From an uncultured Erysipelotrichaceae bacterium (GTDB taxonomy: Bacteria; Bacillota_I; Bacilli_A; Erysipelotrichales; Erysipelotrichaceae), in the NCBI GenBank assembly GCA_902803495.1, contig CADCPY010000073.1, positions 1 through 45,032 of the forward strand: a stretch of DNA of 45,032 nucleotides. Direction: 5' to 3'. Below the pieces are notes generated by a model, which was given only the letters and a program-made list of their open reading frames with translations, ran no database searches and had not been told where the DNA came from. The translations under genes and the position numbers were made by a program. Below, one piece after another: positions 38,119 through 45,032 of this stretch (positions are counted from its first letter, which is position 1; every line of letters begins with the position of its first letter).

Positions 38119-38496
38119 TTACTTAATATCGACAACAGCGCCGGCTTCCATTAATTTCTTCTTAATTTCGTCAGCTTCTTCCGGTTTTACTTTTTCTTTG
38201 ATTGTTGCCGGTAATTTGTCAACTAAAGCCTTAGCTTCAACTAAGCCCTTGCCAGTGACTTCCTTGACAACCTTGATAACTGCAACCTTAGCCTGTCCAA
38301 CTTCAGTTAAGATAACATCAACTTCGCTTGGGCCTGCTGCTGCGGCTTCTTCTTCAACAGGTGCTGCAACGCCAGCTGTCGGCATAGCTGCAGTAACGCC
38401 GAATTCTTCTTCGATCGCCTTAACTAAGTCGTTAAGTTCGATAATAGTCATTTCCTTTAAGGAAGCAATGATTTCTTCATTTGTTAATTTTGCCAT
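38119..38496 (-). CDS. rplL: 50S ribosomal protein L7/L12
   Basis: [34 protein letters not shown]...[10 protein letters not shown]. Confidence 0.98.
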   Translation of the reverse strand: MAKLTNEEIIASLKEMTIIELNDLVKAIEEEFGVTAAMPTAGVAAPVEEEAAAAGPSEVDVILTEVGQAKVAVIKVVKEVTGKGLVEAKALVDKLPATIKEKVKPEEADEIKKKLMEAGAVVDIK

Positions 38497-38512
38497 TTTC
38501 TTTTCCTCCTAA

Positions 38513-39019
38513 TTAAGCATTTTCAGTGGCTGGTGCATCTTTTTCAGCAATTGCCTTAACAGCACATGCAAATTTGATGACCGGTGATTGTAAGCATCCC
38601 AGTAACATAGAGATCATACCCTCTTTGTTCGGTAATGCGGATAAAGTCTTGATCTGATCCTGATCGACGACTTCCTTTTCGACTAAGCCACCCTTAACCA
38701 CTAATTTCGGATGTTTCTTAGCGAACTTAACCAAGACACGGCTCGGTGCAACGCTGTCGTTACTGATTGCCAGAGCGTTCGGGCCCTTTAAGTAATCAGC
38801 TAAGCCACCAAATCCGGCCTGTTCTGCAGCACGTGCACTGATGTTGTTTTTGTAGACCTTTAATTCTACACCTTCAGCTCTCAGAGCGCGGCGCAATTCC
38901 GTTACTTCTGCGACTGTTAAGCCACGATATTCAACAACAACACTGGAACCGCAGTTGCTCAGTTTGTCGGTGACTTCGTTGACTAAAGCAATCTTCTGTT
39001 GAAGTACTTCCTGGTTCAT
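38513..39019 (-). CDS. rplJ: 50S ribosomal protein L10
   Basis: A 168-aa protein with VVVEYRGLTVAEVTELRRALR, located directly upstream of rplL. Confidence 0.97.
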   Translation of the reverse strand: MNQEVLQQKIALVNEVTDKLSNCGSSVVVEYRGLTVAEVTELRRALRAEGVELKVYKNNISARAAEQAGFGGLADYLKGPNALAISNDSVAPSRVLVKFAKKHPKLVVKGGLVEKEVVDQDQIKTLSALPNKEGMISMLLGCLQSPVIKFACAVKAIAEKDAPATENA

Positions 39020-39203
39020 ACCTTTCTACCTCGTTTCTTTCTATGTAACAATATACCTGTTAAATAAAACCCATGCTAATAGACAGCATGGGTTTGAAAG
39101 AATTTCATGTTTACTCTCTCTACCTCGGCAACCTGATTAAGCTTAACGCCGTTGCTGTCTATGGTATATTGATAACAACTTTAATAAATTCTGTTTTTAA
39201 GAA
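39020..39203 (-). promoter_or_regulatory. rplJ (L10) leader with terminator/attenuator hairpin
   Basis: A 184-nt untranslated spacer lies between rplA and rplJ. The minus strand at 39095-39067 reads AAACCCATGCT-GTCTATT-AGCATGGGTTT followed by TATTT, 47 nt before the rplJ ATG. Upstream helix GCAACGGCG...GTTGCCGAGG is consistent with the Firmicute L10-leader attenuation arrangement known from B. subtilis. Confidence 0.6.
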
Positions 39204-39884
39204 CTAGTCATGATTGACTTTGACAGACGGGCTCATTGTGGAAGAAACTGTGACGTTCTTCATGTACTGACCCTTAACTGCTGCCGGTCTTGCTCTTAAG
39301 ATGACATCATATAATGCCTTGAAGTTTTCAACTAACTGTTCATCCGTGAAGGATTTCTTACCGATTAAGCAGTTGATGTTGCCTTCTTTGTCGACTCTGT
39401 ATTCGACTTTACCTTTTTTAACATCGGAAACAGCCTTTGTAAGATCCATTGTAACTGTTCCTGTCTTCGGGTTTGGCATTAAGCCTTTCGGTCCTAAGAT
39501 ACGGCCTAATTTACCAAGTTCACCCATCATGTCCGGTGTAGCGATGATCGTATCGAATCCGAACCATCCGCCTTTGATTTCTTCGAGCATGTCTTTACCG
39601 CCGACGAAATCTGCTCCGGCATCTTTTGCTTCCTGTTCTTTGGCACCCTGAGTGATAACTAAGACCCTCGGGGATTTGCCAGTGCCGTTTGGTAAAACCA
39701 TGGCACCTCTGATCTGCTGATCTGCATGACGCGGGTCAACGTTCAGAGAGAAGTTCACTTCGAAGGAAGCATCGAAATTGCAATAAGTGTTCTTTCTGAC
39801 TAATGCAATTGCTTCTTCAATTCCGTAGAGAGCCTGTTTGTCATAGGACTGTACGGCTGCTAAATATTTCTTTCCTCTTTTCAT
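39204..39884 (-). CDS. rplA: 50S ribosomal protein L1
   Basis: [16 protein letters not shown]...[10 protein letters not shown]...[15 protein letters not shown] pattern. AGGAGG lies 7 nt upstream of ATG 39884, and the track extension to 39980 is spurious. Confidence 0.97.
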   Translation of the reverse strand: MKRGKKYLAAVQSYDKQALYGIEEAIALVRKNTYCNFDASFEVNFSLNVDPRHADQQIRGAMVLPNGTGKSPRVLVITQGAKEQEAKDAGADFVGGKDMLEEIKGGWFGFDTIIATPDMMGELGKLGRILGPKGLMPNPKTGTVTMDLTKAVSDVKKGKVEYRVDKEGNINCLIGKKSFTDEQLVENFKALYDVILRARPAAVKGQYMKNVTVSSTMSPSVKVNHD

Positions 39885-39894
39885 ATTTAACCTC

Positions 39895-40314
39895 CTACTT
39901 ATCCATTCCTTCGACAACAATACCCATGTTACGGGCTGTGCCTTCAATAATACGCATTGCGGCTTCAATGTCATTGGCATTTAAGTCCGGCATTTTGTAT
40001 TCTGCGATCTTTCTGACATCTTCAGCAGTGATCGTAGCAGCTTTGACCGTGTTCGGTGTGCCGCTTGCCTTGCTGATGCCTGCAGCTTTCTTTAACAAAA
40101 CTGCTGCCGGTGTTGTCTTTAAGACGAAATCAAACGATTTGTCCTTGTAGCATGTGATGATAACCGGAACGATATCACCTTTTCTGTCCTTTGTAGCATC
40201 GTTGAATGCATTACAGAACTGTGGCATGTTAATGCCTGCGCCAGCTAATGCTGGTCCTGGTCTTGCTCCGCCTGCGACGAACTGGAGCTTGACTACTTTA
40301 GCAACCTCTTTCAT
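39895..40314 (-). CDS. rplK: 50S ribosomal protein L11
   Basis: [45 protein letters not shown] lies 7 nt upstream of ATG 40314. Confidence 0.97.
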   Translation of the reverse strand: MKEVAKVVKLQFVAGGARPGPALAGAGINMPQFCNAFNDATKDRKGDIVPVIITCYKDKSFDFVLKTTPAAVLLKKAAGISKASGTPNTVKAATITAEDVRKIAEYKMPDLNANDIEAAMRIIEGTARNMGIVVEGMDK

Positions 40315-40407
40315 CAAACGTTCCTCCTTTTCGAACGAGATGCAGCGGTAGACGGCTGTGCTAAGCCTCCCGCGCATAAAAGTACCGCATTTTCGTACGG
40401 CCCTTAT

Positions 40408-40436
40408 ATAATATTATTTTCCCTGAGCGAAGTCAA
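40408..40436 (-). promoter_or_regulatory. candidate sigma-A promoter TTGACT-17-TATTAT for rplK-rplA
   Basis: The minus strand reads TTGACTTCGCTCAGGGAAAATAATATTAT, implying a leader of about 85 nt before rplK. Confidence 0.55.
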
Positions 40437-40616
40437 TACTTTTTTTGCGGAAAACCGCGGTTTTTCCACGGGTTTCCGCACTTTTTCAACTCCATCATTA
40501 TACCCGTGATTTTCCCTCTTCGCAAGGCCTCATTTTCCCCCTTATTCCTTATTAATATATAGGCTTTTTCCCCTCTAAATGAAGCAATTTCCAAAGGCAA
40601 TTCAAACGGATGAATA

Positions 40617-40644
40617 TTGCTGGAAATATCCTTATTTATATATT
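40617..40644 (+). promoter_or_regulatory. weak candidate promoter TTGCTG-16-TATATT for the ABC exporter pair
   Basis: Read by eye about 30 nt upstream of ATG 40676 (GAGG SD). Confidence 0.3.
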
Positions 40645-40675
40645 AGAATTATGAAGTGCTGAAATCGAGGTATTT

Positions 40676-42436
40676 ATGAAGCGTAACAGGAAGGAAAACA
40701 TGCTCTTTAAATATATTTGGAAATACCGCTGGCTCTATCTGATCGGAATCGGTATTCTTTTGGTCGTTGACTATCTGAACTTATTCATCCCGCAGTACAT
40801 CGGGGAAGTGACGGACGGTCTCTCCATGCATACCATGGACCAGACAGGTGTGCTGCATACGGTCTACAAGATTCTCTTGACGGCTCTGATTCTGGCTCTG
40901 GGGCGTCTGGGCTTCCGCTATTTCATTATCGGAACATCCCGCAAGATCGAACGCTCGCTGCAGAACGAGCTTTTCGCCAAACTGGAAACACTTTCCCAAC
41001 GCTATTTCAATGAGAACAAGACCGGAGACCTGATGGCTTACTTCACCAACGATCTGGAAGCGATCCGGGAAGCCACGGGGTGGAGCGTGGTCTCGGCCTT
41101 TGACGCCATCGTTCTGACCATGATGTGCCTCTACCGCATGATGGTCTATGTCAACCTGCAGCTGGCGCTCTTCACGCTTGTCCCGATGATCTTTGTCGGC
41201 TTCTACGGCTACTTCATCTTCAAGGCCTTTGACCAGCACTTCGAAATGAAGCAGGAAGCATTCGCCAAGTTGAGCGATGAGGTGCAGGAAAGCGTTTCTG
41301 CCGTCCGCGTGATCAAAGCATTCACGCAGGAAGAGAAACAGCAGAAGCATTTCGAGGAAGCCAACGAGGCAAACCGTCAGGTCAACCTGAAGCTGGCCCG
41401 TCTGCGTTCCTTTGCCTGGCCAGTCATGGAAGTTCTGATCGGTGCGGCTTATGTCATCGCCATTCTCTTCGGCGGCTACTACTGCCTGATCGGCGATATT
41501 ACGCTGGGAAAATTCGTCACCTTCGCCTCCTACGTCGGAACTCTGATCTGGCCGATGCTGGCCTTCGGTGACTGCATCAATACCTTTACACTGGGCTATG
41601 CCGGCATGAAGCGAATCAACAAAGTCTTTGACGAGCCGGTGGAGATCCATGACGATGAAACACCGGATGATGTAACGGAACTCTTGGGCGGCATCACCTT
41701 CGACCATGTCGACTTCAAGTACAATGCCGATTACGTGGACGCTCTGGAAGATGTCAGCTTTACCATCAAACCGGGCGAAACCTTTGCCATCATGGGAAAG
41801 ACGGGTGCCGGCAAGAGCACCATCGTCAACCTGATGACGCGTTTATTCGATACGACCGGCGGAAGCATCACCTACGACGGTCACGACATCAAAAAGATTC
41901 CTTTAAAAGTCTTACGGGAAAACATTGCCTATGTTCCGCAGGATAACTTCCTCTTCTCGGAAAAGCTGGAGCAGAACATCCGCTTCGGCAAGCAGAATGC
42001 GACACTGGAAGAAATCATTGAGGCCTGCAAGATTGCGGACATTCACGAGAACATCAAGGACTTCCCGGAGAAATATGACACCATGGTCGGTGAGCGCGGC
42101 GTGACCCTTTCCGGCGGTCAGAAGCAGCGTACTTCCATCGCCCGCGCCATCTTAAAAGACAGCCCGATCCTCATCATGGATGACTCTCTGAGTGCCGTGG
42201 ATACGGATACGGAAGACAACATCCTGCACAACTTAAGAGAAATCCGGGAGAACAAGACGACGGTCATTATTGCCCACCGTGTTTCCACTGTCAAAAATGC
42301 CAACCACATCATTTTCCTGGAAGACGGGAAGATCGTTGAGAGCGGCACCTACGACGAGCTGATCGCCTTAAACGGACAGTTTGCCCAGCTGGTACGCAAG
42401 CAGCAGCTGGAAAAGCAGCTGGCGGATGAGAGATAG
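40676..42436 (+). CDS. ABC exporter half-transporter (TMD-NBD), subunit with non-canonical Walker B (DD instead of DE)
   Basis: Six TM segments, Walker A GKTGAGKST, signature LSGGQKQR, Walker B ILIMDDS and H-loop IIAHR. Confidence 0.92.
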   Translation: MKRNRKENMLFKYIWKYRWLYLIGIGILLVVDYLNLFIPQYIGEVTDGLSMHTMDQTGVLHTVYKILLTALILALGRLGFRYFIIGTSRKIERSLQNELFAKLETLSQRYFNENKTGDLMAYFTNDLEAIREATGWSVVSAFDAIVLTMMCLYRMMVYVNLQLALFTLVPMIFVGFYGYFIFKAFDQHFEMKQEAFAKLSDEVQESVSAVRVIKAFTQEEKQQKHFEEANEANRQVNLKLARLRSFAWPVMEVLIGAAYVIAILFGGYYCLIGDITLGKFVTFASYVGTLIWPMLAFGDCINTFTLGYAGMKRINKVFDEPVEIHDDETPDDVTELLGGITFDHVDFKYNADYVDALEDVSFTIKPGETFAIMGKTGAGKSTIVNLMTRLFDTTGGSITYDGHDIKKIPLKVLRENIAYVPQDNFLFSEKLEQNIRFGKQNATLEEIIEACKIADIHENIKDFPEKYDTMVGERGVTLSGGQKQRTSIARAILKDSPILIMDDSLSAVDTDTEDNILHNLREIRENKTTVIIAHRVSTVKNANHIIFLEDGKIVESGTYDELIALNGQFAQLVRKQQLEKQLADER

Positions 42437-42448
42437 GAAGGAGGAGCT

Positions 42449-44524
42449 ATGAACGGAATTGAAAAAGAACAGGTTATAACCTCCTACAGCGGAAATCTCT
42501 ACTCCCGCTTATTCGGCTACATGAAGCCGTATTTAAAGAATTTCTACATTGCACTGGTTCTGGTACTGTTGGTCTCGTTCTTCGGCCTGATTGAACCGAT
42601 GCTGATCGCCCGCGCCATTGACACCTACATTGAGGGCTACAACCGCCCGTATGCGGTGGTGGAACCGAATGAGGCGGAAATCGTCTATGACGGTCTCTAC
42701 CTGACAAAAAACATTGATTTCGAAACAAGCAGTTATGACAGTTATGCCCAGATGGTCAGCTATGACGATACGTACTACCTGATCACGGACATCACAAAGG
42801 ATGAAGTCTCTTCCCTGCAGGAATTCATGCAGGAAGAACTGATTCCGCAGAGTAAAACGGAAGAAGCCATCACCATTCAGGATGCTGCACGCACCTATGA
42901 AGCCGTGAAACTGGACAAGGAAGATCTGAAGCTTCTGCGCTCCACCGACTACAGCGGCGTTAAGGTGATCGCTCTGCTCTATGCCATCGGCCTGTTATTG
43001 AATGCCTTATGCAACATTCTGCAGATCCGTATTCTGCAGACGACCGGACAGAACATTATCTACAATATCCGGAACGAGATCTTTGCCCACATTCATTCCC
43101 TGCCGCTGCGCTTCTTTGACACGCACCCGGTCGGACAGATCGTGACGCGGGCAACCAATGACGTGGAGTCGCTGAACCAGATGTACTCCAATGTCATCGT
43201 CAACCTCTTCCGTAACACGGTCATGATTCTGGGCTATGCCATCGTCATGTTTGCGATGAATGCCCACCTGGCCTTTATCGCACTGGCCATCATGCCGTTT
43301 GTCGTTTTACTGACTTATACCTTTACCAAACTGAGCCGCAGCATCTACCGGGTGATCCGTACCAAGGTCTCGGCCCTGAACACGTTCTTAAGCGAACACA
43401 TCTCCGGCATGAAACTCATTCAGATCTTTGCCAGAGAAAAAGAAAAATACGAACAGTTTAAGGAAAGCACGGATGATCTGTACAAGAACCGCATGAAGGA
43501 ACTGATGATCTTTGCGACCTTCCGTCCGCTCATCAACTTCACTGCCAACCTGGCACTGGCCATCGTTGTCTATAACGGTGCGCTGGAAGTCTTAAAGGAT
43601 ACCTTAAGCGTCGGAACACTGTACGTCTTCATCAGCTACATCCGTTCCTTCTTCGACCCGATCCAGGAACTGACGGAACAGTTCAGCACCCTGCAGAATG
43701 CCTTTGCGTCTGCCGAGAAGATCTTCACACTGCTGGACGAAAAGAATCCGATTCAGGAAAAAGCCGAACCGACCCTGCTTGGGGAAATCAAAGGAAAGAT
43801 TGAATTCCGGAATGTCTGGTTTGCCTACGACGAGGAGAACTTCGTTTTGCGCAATGTCTCCTTTGTGATCAATCCGGGAGAAAGAGTCGCCTTCGTCGGT
43901 GCCACCGGTGCCGGCAAGTCTTCCATTCTCAATCTGATCGGACGCTACTACGACATTCAGAAAGGTGAGATCCTGATTGACGATGTCAACATCAAAGACC
44001 TCTCCCTGAAAGAGCTGCGCTCCGCCATCGGACAGGTCCAGCAGGATGTCTTCGTCTTTACCGGCGATATCAAAGGCAATATCCGCTTACTGAGCAGTGA
44101 AATCAGCGACGAAGCCATCAGGGAAGCCAGTGAAATGGTCAATGCGGCCAAGTTCATTGAAAAGCTTCCGCAGAAATACGATGAACCGGTCACGGAACGC
44201 GGCGCCACGCTCTCCAGCGGTCAGCGCCAGCTGCTCAGCTTCGCCCGTACCATTGCCGTGGATCCGAAGATCCTGGTCATGGATGAGGCAACCGCCAACA
44301 TCGACACGGAAACGGAACAGCTGATCCAGGAAGCTCTGGAAACGATGATGAACAACCGTACCACCATTATGGTTGCCCACCGTCTGAGCACCATCCAGCA
44401 TGCCGATAAGATCATTGTCATGCATAAGGGAAAGATCCGTGAGATGGGGAACCATCAGGAACTGCTGAACCAGAACGGTATTTATAAGAAGCTGTATGAG
44501 CTGCAGCTGTATTCCAACAATTAA
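42449..44524 (+). CDS. ABC exporter half-transporter (TMD-NBD), subunit with degenerate signature LSSGQ and a ~110-aa TM1-TM2 loop
   Basis: Walker A GATGAGKSS, signature LSSGQRQ, Walker B ILVMDEATANID and H-loop MVAHR. The start lies 12 nt after the upstream stop, with GGAAGGAGG as SD. Confidence 0.92.
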   Translation: MNGIEKEQVITSYSGNLYSRLFGYMKPYLKNFYIALVLVLLVSFFGLIEPMLIARAIDTYIEGYNRPYAVVEPNEAEIVYDGLYLTKNIDFETSSYDSYAQMVSYDDTYYLITDITKDEVSSLQEFMQEELIPQSKTEEAITIQDAARTYEAVKLDKEDLKLLRSTDYSGVKVIALLYAIGLLLNALCNILQIRILQTTGQNIIYNIRNEIFAHIHSLPLRFFDTHPVGQIVTRATNDVESLNQMYSNVIVNLFRNTVMILGYAIVMFAMNAHLAFIALAIMPFVVLLTYTFTKLSRSIYRVIRTKVSALNTFLSEHISGMKLIQIFAREKEKYEQFKESTDDLYKNRMKELMIFATFRPLINFTANLALAIVVYNGALEVLKDTLSVGTLYVFISYIRSFFDPIQELTEQFSTLQNAFASAEKIFTLLDEKNPIQEKAEPTLLGEIKGKIEFRNVWFAYDEENFVLRNVSFVINPGERVAFVGATGAGKSSILNLIGRYYDIQKGEILIDDVNIKDLSLKELRSAIGQVQQDVFVFTGDIKGNIRLLSSEISDEAIREASEMVNAAKFIEKLPQKYDEPVTERGATLSSGQRQLLSFARTIAVDPKILVMDEATANIDTETEQLIQEALETMMNNRTTIMVAHRLSTIQHADKIIVMHKGKIREMGNHQELLNQNGIYKKLYELQLYSNN

Positions 44525-44587
44525 TTCATTTGTCTTTTTCAGAAAAACGGAATAAACTTAAACTATCAGGAAAAGAGGATAACCGCC

Positions 44588-44998
44588 ATGCAATATATTA
44601 CTGAAGTCAGCCGTCTCGGAATACTGGACGCCCTTACCAAAAACGTCTACATGATGGACTTTCTGTTCACCATCGTTCTTGTGATCAGTGCAGCCTACTC
44701 TGCCAAGCGTCAGTCTTTCTACAATAAGGAAGCCGAGATGGAAAAACATAATCTGAATGTTCTTTATCACTTAAATGAAAAGAAGAAACTGGATTATGCC
44801 TGGATCAATAACGTATTCTTCAAGTCCAACACGATTGCCGCGCTGGCAGCCGGTGCCGTGATTGCGATCTGTGCCCTTCTCAAACTGAAAGATGAATACT
44901 GCTTCGCAGTCGGACTCGTTGTTCTGTTTGTGGCCAGCTACTTCACCCAGCAGATGGCTTACAAGGAAATCGTCAAAAAATACGAGAACAGCAAATAA
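44588..44998 (+). CDS. hypothetical membrane protein (136 aa)
   Basis: Contains hydrophobic segments FLFTIVLVISAAY, IAALAAGAVIAICALL and VGLVVLFVASYF. AAAAGAGG lies upstream and a terminator downstream. Confidence 0.55.
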   Translation: MQYITEVSRLGILDALTKNVYMMDFLFTIVLVISAAYSAKRQSFYNKEAEMEKHNLNVLYHLNEKKKLDYAWINNVFFKSNTIAALAAGAVIAICALLKLKDEYCFAVGLVVLFVASYFTQQMAYKEIVKKYENSK

Positions 44999-45005
44999 CC
45001 ATTCC

Positions 45006-45032
45006 AAGGAGACCAAGCGTCTCCTTTTTTCT
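45006..45032 (+). terminator. intrinsic terminator
   Basis: AAGGAGAC-CAAGC-GTCTCCTT followed by TTTTCT at the window end. Confidence 0.75.

Noticed and set aside
40781-41707. 308-aa minus-strand ORF inside the first ABC gene
   Set aside because: It is antisense to a CDS with clear ABC transporter motifs. Its Asp/Gln/Gly-rich sequence has no recognisable domain. It is a shadow ORF.
1-45032. Scan for CRISPR repeats, IS/transposase or integrase genes, phage modules, toxin-antitoxin pairs and known defence genes
   Set aside because: None was seen. No direct-repeat arrays are present and no ORF carries transposase, recombinase or nuclease hallmarks apart from housekeeping xth.

Overview
This 45 kb window is mostly core housekeeping DNA from a Bacillota genome. 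RpoB size, the rifampicin-cluster sequence and the tRNA set suggest an Erysipelotrichia or Mollicutes-related lineage, but that is inference only. The right two thirds hold the Bacillus-type translation and transcription supercluster on the minus strand: rplK-rplA-(L10 leader)-rplJ-rplL-ybxB-like methyltransferase-rpoB-rpoC, then rpsL-rpsG-fusA-tuf-tRNA-Lys. A plus-strand MBOAT plus DltD/SGNH-like gene pair interrupts the cluster between rpoC and rpsL. On its upstream side, a 300-nt non-coding region and a heterodimeric ABC exporter pair sit where nusG/secE would be expected. The left third carries a truncated histidine kinase and its OmpR-type regulator, cdaA-cdaR, a TraB-family gene, a TelA-like gene, maf, fba and an Mrp/NBP35 ATPase. 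It also carries an RlmD-type methyltransferase, an LtaS-family enzyme, xth, a nitroreductase, an MFS transporter, a VanY-like peptidase operon and several small hypothetical membrane proteins. Five singleton tRNA genes are present: Leu-TAG, Thr-AGT, Glu-CTC, Gln-CTG and Lys-CTT. I saw no CRISPR array, transposase, integrase, phage module or recognisable defence system, and I cannot support a clearly novel multi-gene system here. The points most worth a second look are the MBOAT/DltD-like cassette inside the rpo-str cluster and Asn at the RpoB His526-equivalent position. Others are a tRNA-Thr with an A34 anticodon, a roughly 130-aa RpoB insertion, a possible small RNA next to the ltaS terminator, and several regulatory oddities (leaderless-looking starts, a terminator abutting a regulator start, and T4C3 repeats upstream of rplK). 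All coordinates for promoters, terminators and tRNAs come from hand folding and reading, and should be confirmed with software.
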